From IMG/VR virus record IMGVR_UViG_3300003779_000001, positions 1-34,486 of that record: a stretch of 34,486 nucleotides of DNA; one strand, written 5' to 3'. The stretch's first letter is position 1. Each line of letters opens with the position of its first letter. The DNA comes from a virus. Below, piece by piece: positions 14,116-20,182 of the stretch. Made by a program: the position numbers and the translations under genes. The notes beneath the pieces are model-generated. The model was not told the DNA's origin, searched no databases, and saw only the letters and a program-made list of their open reading frames with translations.

Positions 14116-14430
14116 CTAGAGGGAATGACTACGTTCATAGGTCTTTTGAAGGTTTAGGAAATACTCGGCAGAAATCCCAAAAGCCTTGGAAAGCGATTGC
14201 GCCATGTCCGGGCTGATTTCTTGCTTTCCAGCAAGGATCATGTTCACTGCTCGCTCTGGAACGTCAAGGATATACGCAAGGTCCCGCTGCACCCATCCGC
14301 GTGCTTCCAATTCATCTCGAATGAACTCTCCTGGATGAGGGACTTCGTTCAACAGTGCTGCAATGCTCATCTTGTGTGCCTCGTCTGTATATATCCGTGT
14401 CAAATCGTCATTTGCGAACTTTATTTCCAT
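14116..14430 (-). CDS. higA: HigA-type XRE antitoxin-like protein carrying a ~20-aa HigB-like N-terminal stub
   Basis: PHPGEFIRDELEARGWVQRDLAYILDVPERAVNMILAGKQEISPDMAQSLSKAFGISAEYFLNLQKTYE is a classic HigA pattern. Residues 1-20 (MEIKFANDDLTRIYTDEAHK) look like the start of a HigB/RelE toxin. The internal ATG at 14370 has GAGG upstream and may be the real start. Confidence 0.8.
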   Translation of the reverse strand: MEIKFANDDLTRIYTDEAHKMSIAALLNEVPHPGEFIRDELEARGWVQRDLAYILDVPERAVNMILAGKQEISPDMAQSLSKAFGISAEYFLNLQKTYERSHSL

Positions 14431-14460
14431 GTTGACTCAACATATACCGTCTTATTCCCC

Positions 14461-14507
14461 ATCAAAATAAACGACTTAACGCCATGCGTTAAGTCGTTTA
14501 TTTTGAT
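14461..14507. repeat. Perfect palindrome, 22-bp arms with a 3-nt centre
   Basis: atcaaaataaacgacttaacgc / cat / gcgttaagtcgtttattttgat. It lies between the late-operon terminator and the HigA-like gene start. Confidence 0.9.
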
Positions 14508-14530
14508 ATATGCTTGACTATCGATCACTT

Positions 14531-14552
14531 TAAAAAACTGCCGATGGGCAGT
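14531..14552 (-). terminator. Rho-independent terminator of the late (virion) operon
   Basis: The minus strand reads actgcc-catc-ggcagt followed by TTTTTTA, 5 nt after the fibre-gene stop. Confidence 0.65.
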
Positions 14553-14556
14553 AAAC

Positions 14557-17157
14557 TCAGCCCAACCTGATGAACGACAGACGCGTGGCGTAACGCTTGA
14601 TTTTGATGTGTTTTTTGCTCGTCGATATGATATCGCCTTCCGACAGGGTGACGATGCGCTTGAAGCTGACTCTGTCAGCTGCTGATGCCGGGGCTGACGC
14701 CGCCGCTTGAATAAGGGGGGTAACAAGGCTGACACGGGCGGTAACGAGTCCAGTAATATCGCCAGAATCGTCATCATCGTCATCATCATCGTCGTCATCG
14801 CCGCCACCCTTGATGGTGGCAAGCGTTGCCCATCCCTCGGCTTTGGCTACATTTCCCACAAGAAGCTCAAGACCGAATGCACTGAGCTTGTTCCCGGCGA
14901 CATCCAGGCAAACCTCGAGATCAATATGATAGAGCCCTGTTGACCTGCATATGAGCACGCTTGCATCGCTGTCCGTATCCAGCATGAAGTCCTCGCCGGA
15001 TGGAAGGGCCGGAGGCGCGACCTCTACCGTTCTGGCGGTCCCCCACCGCTCGCCGCTGCCTGAGAAATCCTTGAACAGGTCTTGCTTCCCCGCCGTTGCA
15101 AGATTCAATCCCGCCATCAGCACCGCGTTCGTATAGACCTTGTTGGTGAAAGTAATGACACCGTTGGCGCCGATCTCGAACCCGAGATCAACGCCGAGCT
15201 TGTCGGCGGTGACGCTGTCATCCGCCAGCTTGCTCGTATCGACGATGCCGTTGATGAGCGCGTTCCTGTTGACGCTGTCATCCGCCAGTTTCGCTTCGGT
15301 CACGGCATCGTCGGCGAGTTTCGCTCCGGTTACCTGTCCGTTCAGAATCTTGTCCGTTGTAACCGCGTTCTCGGCCAGCTTGATGGTATTGACGCTGTTG
15401 GCGGCGAGCTTCGGCTCGGTGACCGCGCCGTTGGCCAGCTTGGCGGTGGTGACATTGGTGTCCTTGATCTTGTCGGTCGCGACGACGTTACCGCCAAGCT
15501 TGTCTTCTCCCACGGCACCATCGGCCAGGAACCGCTCGACGATGACCCCGTCGGTGAGGACGGCGTCAGGGATTGCGCCAGCGGCAAATTTCTCAGCGGT
15601 CACCGATCCATTGGCCAACTTCTCGGTCGTGACCGCCTGGTCGTCCAGTGCGCGGGTCGTGACCGCGTCATTGGCGAGCTTCAGCTCGGTGACGGCGCCA
15701 TCACCGATGCTCGCCTGCGGGATGGCGTTCGGATCCAGCTTCTCTGCAGTCACGGCGTTGTCGGCGATCTTGTCCGTCGTGATGCTCAGTGGTCCGACGC
15801 CGAACTCGGAGAAGACGCTATGGCTAATCTTGGCGGCGGTCACCGCCCCGTCGGCAAGCTTTTCCTCGGTCACCGCCAAGTCATTGATCTTGAGCGTGGT
15901 AACCGCGCTTCGGCCGAGCTTCGGCGTGGTCACGGCGTCGTTCAGAATCTTGTTGGTCGTCACGGCATTCGGATAGATTTTCTCTTCGCGGACGCATCCG
16001 TCGGCCAGGCGATCGAACGTGATCGCGCCGTGGCCGATCTGATCCGCGAGGACGGCTCCGTCCGCAATCTTTTCGGTGATCACCGCATCGTCGGCCAGCT
16101 TGTTCCACGTCACAGCTTCGAGATCAAGCTTGACGGACGTGACCGCCCCGTCGTCGAGCTTGGACTCGGTAACCGCATTGGGAGCGATTTTCGGTGTGGT
16201 CACGGCGTCGGTGCCGAGCGCCCGCGTCGTGACCGCCTCGTGCGCAATCTTGGGCGCGGTCACGGCATCCGGACCCAGCTTCTCTTCCGTGACCACATGA
16301 TCGGTCAGCTTGATGGTGGTTAGGGAGTCGTCGGCGATCTTCGTCGTGCCGACGGCATTGTCCTTGATCTTGGCCGTTCCCACCGCGTCATTGGCCAGCT
16401 TCGGCTCGGTGACGGCGTCATCCGCCAGCTTCGAGGGCGTTACCGAGCCGCCGCCAAGGGCGCGCTCGGAGATCGCCCCGGCGTCCAGCTTCGGCTCGGT
16501 GACGTTCCGGTTCCTGATCGAGCGGGTGACGATCGCGTCCGAGGCGATCTTGGGCTCCGTCACAGCATGAGAAGCGATCTTGTCCTCGATGACGGAATCC
16601 GACTGAAGGGCCGCCGACGTGACGGACGACGTGGCCAAATTGCGGTCTCTGACCGCATTGGCGGCGATCGATTCATATGTGACGGCATTGTCGGCAAGCT
16701 TGGAGGCGGTAACGGCATCCTGCGCGATCTCCGAGGTGTCAACGGCATCCTCGGCAATGGCGTAAGCCGTGACCGCGTTCTCTCCGATCTTGTCAACGGT
16801 CACGCTATGGCGAGCCAGCTTGGGTTCGATCACTGCATCGTCGGCCAGCTTGGCCGCTGTGATGGTGCCGTCGGCCGGCTCGGTCGCCCTACCGACGTGC
16901 CCGAGGACACGGATGAAATCGATCGTATCCCCATCAACGAACGTACGAGCGATCGTCAGTTGATTCCCCGCCAGCCGCAATTCGGACGACGGGACTAGGC
17001 TTCCATTGACGCTGACGAGTAGGTTGTTGACGGAAGCCGGATTGAACTCGTCGCCGGCGAGAAGCAGGTCATACGTCTGCTTGCCGGCGACGACCGTAAC
17101 AGGGTCAAGATCGGCAAAGAGTCCGGTTGATGGAAGGTCGCGCCCGATTGTTGGCAT
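14557..17157 (-). CDS. Long tail fibre: N-terminal anchor domain, 56 x 10-aa repeat shaft, C1q/TNF-like C-terminal tip with a poly-Asp loop
   Basis: 866 aa, with AGGAGA 8 nt before the ATG at 17157. The N-terminal domain is similar to that of the 18271..18972 product. The tip pattern is STGLYHIDLEVCL..FGLELLVGN..VTLSEGDII..RLSFIRLG. Confidence 0.85.
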   Translation of the reverse strand: MPTIGRDLPSTGLFADLDPVTVVAGKQTYDLLLAGDEFNPASVNNLLVSVNGSLVPSSELRLAGNQLTIARTFVDGDTIDFIRVLGHVGRATEPADGTITAAKLADDAVIEPKLARHSVTVDKIGENAVTAYAIAEDAVDTSEIAQDAVTASKLADNAVTYESIAANAVRDRNLATSSVTSAALQSDSVIEDKIASHAVTEPKIASDAIVTRSIRNRNVTEPKLDAGAISERALGGGSVTPSKLADDAVTEPKLANDAVGTAKIKDNAVGTTKIADDSLTTIKLTDHVVTEEKLGPDAVTAPKIAHEAVTTRALGTDAVTTPKIAPNAVTESKLDDGAVTSVKLDLEAVTWNKLADDAVITEKIADGAVLADQIGHGAITFDRLADGCVREEKIYPNAVTTNKILNDAVTTPKLGRSAVTTLKINDLAVTEEKLADGAVTAAKISHSVFSEFGVGPLSITTDKIADNAVTAEKLDPNAIPQASIGDGAVTELKLANDAVTTRALDDQAVTTEKLANGSVTAEKFAAGAIPDAVLTDGVIVERFLADGAVGEDKLGGNVVATDKIKDTNVTTAKLANGAVTEPKLAANSVNTIKLAENAVTTDKILNGQVTGAKLADDAVTEAKLADDSVNRNALINGIVDTSKLADDSVTADKLGVDLGFEIGANGVITFTNKVYTNAVLMAGLNLATAGKQDLFKDFSGSGERWGTARTVEVAPPALPSGEDFMLDTDSDASVLICRSTGLYHIDLEVCLDVAGNKLSAFGLELLVGNVAKAEGWATLATIKGGGDDDDDDDDDDDSGDITGLVTARVSLVTPLIQAAASAPASAADRVSFKRIVTLSEGDIISTSKKHIKIKRYATRLSFIRLG
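14767..14799 (-). repeat. (GAY)11 tract encoding 11 consecutive Asp in the fibre tip
   Basis: The minus strand reads gat gac gac gat gat gat gac gat gat gac gat, in the context GGG-D11-SGD. Confidence 0.95.
15190..16869 (-). repeat. 56 consecutive in-register decapeptide repeats (x-A-V-T-x-x-K-[LI]-A-[DN]) in the fibre shaft
   Basis: Residues 97-656 parse into 56 ten-residue units without a single indel (GTITAAKLAD ... DSVTADKLGV). The periodic stop-free DNA explains the long antisense ORFs here. Confidence 0.9.
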
Positions 17158-17169
17158 TTATATCGTCTC

Positions 17170-18267
17170 CTACTCAGCCTCGGCTGCCCAATTCAGATAA
17201 AGATTGAAGGTTGTATTCAAGGACTGTGTAAACACAGCGAAACCTGCGGGCGACACCCTCTGAATGTTCGCATTCTGATGCGTAGTACCGTTCTTTGAAA
17301 CCTTCCCTTCCGCATGGTTGAGCGCCCATGTCGTTATATCCGGCGACTCTCTCTTTGTCTCTCTGAAATAGACCTGCCCGCCGCTCCATGCATTTGACGC
17401 CGTGCCTGATACAAGCATGATCCGATGAGCGTCGTCGCCTCGGTTGTTGACGGGCACGGCCTCTCCCGGGAAAGAGTGTTCGAAATAGCGCTGGCACTTC
17501 CTAAGCTCCGTCGAATAGTCCGTATGTATGAACGGCGTCGGTTCCGGCAACGGCTCCAATTGCACGCCCGTAAACGCTATATATGCATCCGTTACGGCTC
17601 CGAGATCGGTCTGGCCGGTCGCACGGGAGGCATTGAGGTATCCGGCCCATTCCGTCTGCAAGGGGTCGGACGTGAAAGAAGGCCCGGCCGCCAACCAAAA
17701 CATCACATACAATTCGTACTTGGTGCCGTTCGAATAGTCAAGCGTAGCAAGGGTATTGGGCGGGAAGATAATCGTCTTGTATTCCCAAACATTCGCCTGC
17801 GTGATCTCATAGGCCCTGCTGATCTGATGCCCGACATTCAGAAGGCGCAGCTCAGCGATATATGTCCCTGGAATGGAGCTAAACACCCAGAAGGAAAGGG
17901 TCAAGGGCGTGGCGTTCACCGTTCCAATGCGGGCCGGCGACAGGAAGTTGGTCTCGATACGCTGTTGAATGATGACGTGGCGGGTGCTGATCGTCGCCGC
18001 CGCGCCTGACGTCACCGTGCATTTGAGGCAATGATTGAACGGCGTGCCAGCAGCGGACCATGCACTCTCCCGGCCGATCTTCCATGATGCGTCGCTGGTC
18101 TTGATCAGCTCCCAGCGGTCTACGGTTATGGTACTGGCCGTGGGCGCGCTCTGCTCGACCACGGTCCGCTGGGCGATGCGCATGTCGCCATTGATGAGCA
18201 GGTTGATGCGGTTGGCGTCGCGGAAGTCCCGTTCGTACTGCGGCAGCCTGACTACGCTCAGCGGCAT
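17170..18267 (-). CDS. Tail fibre / receptor-binding protein (jelly-roll type with N-terminal NLL.NG..R..QR and CQRYFE motifs)
   Basis: RINLLINGDMRIAQR...TVDRWEL... and LRKCQRYFEHSF recur in a widespread phage fibre family, as I recall it. It sits inside the fibre cluster. Confidence 0.65.
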   Translation of the reverse strand: MPLSVVRLPQYERDFRDANRINLLINGDMRIAQRTVVEQSAPTASTITVDRWELIKTSDASWKIGRESAWSAAGTPFNHCLKCTVTSGAAATISTRHVIIQQRIETNFLSPARIGTVNATPLTLSFWVFSSIPGTYIAELRLLNVGHQISRAYEITQANVWEYKTIIFPPNTLATLDYSNGTKYELYVMFWLAAGPSFTSDPLQTEWAGYLNASRATGQTDLGAVTDAYIAFTGVQLEPLPEPTPFIHTDYSTELRKCQRYFEHSFPGEAVPVNNRGDDAHRIMLVSGTASNAWSGGQVYFRETKRESPDITTWALNHAEGKVSKNGTTHQNANIQRVSPAGFAVFTQSLNTTFNLYLNWAAEAE

Positions 18268-18270
18268 GGT

Positions 18271-18972
18271 TCATACTCCCACGAGCGATATGACAGCATA
18301 GGTGCTGTAGCCCGGATCCACATTCCGCCAATAGGTGACGGTTCCTAGGGTGTGGTTCATGAAGCGGAGCGTCGTGCCGCGGAGGAAGTAGGCCATGTAT
18401 GTGCCATGCTGCTGTGAAGCGGCCGGCCCGTCAATCAGTCGGATGTCGGCAAGCCCATTTATGGCTAGGCCAAACTGCATGCGTGCATCAGGATCGCCGC
18501 TTGGAGCTTCACCCAGGACCGAAAGATGAATGAGATATGTCCCGGAGAACGGCGTCGTATAGGTATATGTTATTCCGTCATAATCAGCCAATCCCGTTCC
18601 GGCGTAGGTCAAGAGCGCATTAAAAGGGAGGGCGTTATTGGGCTCGACCGTATCTAAATCGTTGCCGTCAGGATGGTCGAAGACGGCCGTTATCTGGCTA
18701 AAGTGTCCTGTGGCCGCCGTGAAGACGGCTTTTCCCTGATAGACGACATAGAACGGTGTGCCAGCGGGGATGGGCTCGGACATGGCCAACGTGGTGCTAT
18801 AGGCCCAATAGGCCTCAACGGGCTCCTGGCGCACATTGTTGACGAACACTTCCACTTCGGTCGAAGCGGTAACGGGAATGTCGAGAACATAAGTGGAACT
18901 CCCGTCCGCCGTAATAGTCTGCTTCTGCACATGAGTGTAAGCATTGATGAGAGGATTACCGAAATACGGCAT
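18271..18972 (-). CDS. Short tail fibre with a C1q/TNF-like C-terminal domain
   Basis: ATG at 18972 (MPYFGNPLINAY). The N-domain is QTITADGSSTYVLDIPVTASTEVEVFVNNVRQEP. The C-terminus FSGTYLIHLSVLG..MQFGLAINGL..YFLRGTTLRF..YAVISLVG fits the C1q jelly-roll pattern. Confidence 0.65.
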   Translation of the reverse strand: MPYFGNPLINAYTHVQKQTITADGSSTYVLDIPVTASTEVEVFVNNVRQEPVEAYWAYSTTLAMSEPIPAGTPFYVVYQGKAVFTAATGHFSQITAVFDHPDGNDLDTVEPNNALPFNALLTYAGTGLADYDGITYTYTTPFSGTYLIHLSVLGEAPSGDPDARMQFGLAINGLADIRLIDGPAASQQHGTYMAYFLRGTTLRFMNHTLGTVTYWRNVDPGYSTYAVISLVGV

Positions 18973-18977
18973 GGCGG

Positions 18978-19307
18978 TTAGACTTCGCTGATTGTGTCGA
19001 TGACCGAAAGCCAAACATCCAGGGAACTCTCGCAATCCGATACGATGTTTAACGTATCCCCGGCCTCCAGAACGAACTTAGCTCCGCCGTCGATGAATTG
19101 AAGGGCCGCTCCGGGCATGATCGGAATGAGTCTGCCGATGTAATAATCGATCCCACTGTTGGTGATCCATATATCGACAAGGACCTGGCAAAGCTCGGTA
19201 TTGGCGATATGAATGCCAATGATCAGGTCGGTGCTGTCGGTAGCGGCGAACGCTTGTGCGGTCGTTCCAACATCCTTCAAAAAATAGCGTTTAAAATTCT
19301 GTGCCAT
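18978..19307 (-). CDS. Small virion-module protein (109 aa), unknown
   Basis: Clean ATG ORF between the fibre adaptor and the fibres. No motif recognised. Confidence 0.55.
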   Translation of the reverse strand: MAQNFKRYFLKDVGTTAQAFAATDSTDLIIGIHIANTELCQVLVDIWITNSGIDYYIGRLIPIMPGAALQFIDGGAKFVLEAGDTLNIVSDCESSLDVWLSVIDTISEV

Positions 19308-19316
19308 GAGCCTTTC

Positions 19317-20180
19317 CTAAAGTGATGCAGCCATTGCAAGAATGAACCCCTTGTCCAGTTCGGCAACCGTCGTGGTCGTCGTCGAGGTTCCAGCCGGAAT
19401 GACGAGAACAGACCAGGACATGTCATTAATATCGTAGATTTTGAGCCCATCATCAAGATTGTAATAGATCGAGCCATCTTCCAGCGGGCCTCCTTCATTG
19501 TTGAGGCTGGGGTCGGAAGACTTCGCGCCAAGATACAGGGGGCTGAACATGCCCCAGCTGGCGATAAGCTGTTGTAGCTGAGCGAGCAGCGGGCCTGCGA
19601 TCAACAGCAGATTGGCTAAGGCGTTGGCATCGAGACCGACGGTCGGCAGACCGAAATCCTTGTCGAAGATGAGCAGCTTGTTTTTTCGTTCTTCCGCCTG
19701 CGGAAGACTGAAATTCGCACCAATTGGATCGGTCAAATGTCCGGAGATCGACAGGTCGAGACGTTCAGAAAGCTGCTGATTGAAGATCGTTTGCGAATCC
19801 AACTCCCTGTTCAGGTCCCACGTCCTGAGGGTATCGCCTGTAATGAAGTCGCTTACACGCTCAACAGATCGCGCGCCGATCAGAACGATCGTGTCTTCGG
19901 CCTCGGCAGCCATCTCCAAAACCACATATCCCGTTCCTGTCGTCTGCCCCGTGCTTTCGTCAATATCATCGAAAATATAAACTTGATAATCCAGCCCATA
20001 GGTCAAACGCTTTAAAAGAGAATTCGGCTTTTGGATGTAAACGCCAACATCCTTTCTATCAAGAACTTCAAAGTTGAAGTAATACGGCCCCGTCCCCGCG
20101 CTCCCGTCATACAAAAGCCTGCGCCGAATTGAATTGATGTAGTAGTCAGCGATATGCGGAAGTATTGTTTGATCGACCAC
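19317..20180 (-). CDS. Tail-fibre adaptor / T7 gp17 N-terminal-domain-like protein
   Basis: GTG start at 20180 with GGAGAG 8 nt upstream. IVLIGARSVERVSDFITGDTLRTWDLNRELDSQTIFNQQLSERL matches the ..R.t....v.df.dgs.L.a..LN....Q.....QE pattern of the T7 tail-fibre N-domain. Confidence 0.7.
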   Translation of the reverse strand: MVDQTILPHIADYYINSIRRRLLYDGSAGTGPYYFNFEVLDRKDVGVYIQKPNSLLKRLTYGLDYQVYIFDDIDESTGQTTGTGYVVLEMAAEAEDTIVLIGARSVERVSDFITGDTLRTWDLNRELDSQTIFNQQLSERLDLSISGHLTDPIGANFSLPQAEERKNKLLIFDKDFGLPTVGLDANALANLLLIAGPLLAQLQQLIASWGMFSPLYLGAKSSDPSLNNEGGPLEDGSIYYNLDDGLKIYDINDMSWSVLVIPAGTSTTTTTVAELDKGFILAMAASL

Positions 20181-20182
20181 GA

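Larger units (their letters stand above)
12999..14533. mobile_element. Possible recombinase cassette (serine recombinase + tail-anchored protein + HigA-like gene + 47-bp palindrome) bounded by a 10-bp direct repeat
   Basis: atcactttaa occurs at 12999..13008 and 14524..14533. The inverted 7-mers gtcaagc (13013..13019) and gcttgac (14512..14518), and the 9-mer attttgata (13025..13033 and 14500..14508), lie inside the ends. GC is low (hand counts ~38-47% per 60 nt, versus ~65% in the one fibre-gene line I counted). Confidence 0.3.

Noticed and set aside
15082-16323. Long + strand ORFs antisense to the fibre gene: 15082..16323 (413 aa), 15140..15976 (278 aa), 16076..16998 and others
   Set aside because: They are artefacts of the stop-free decapeptide-repeat DNA. 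They have no RBS, their translations are low-complexity, and the minus-strand frame has clear fibre domains at both ends.
14557-18972. Diversity-generating retroelement targeting the fibre tips
   Set aside because: There is no reverse transcriptase ORF anywhere in the circle. I could not find a template/variable repeat pair with adenine-specific differences near the fibre 3' ends.
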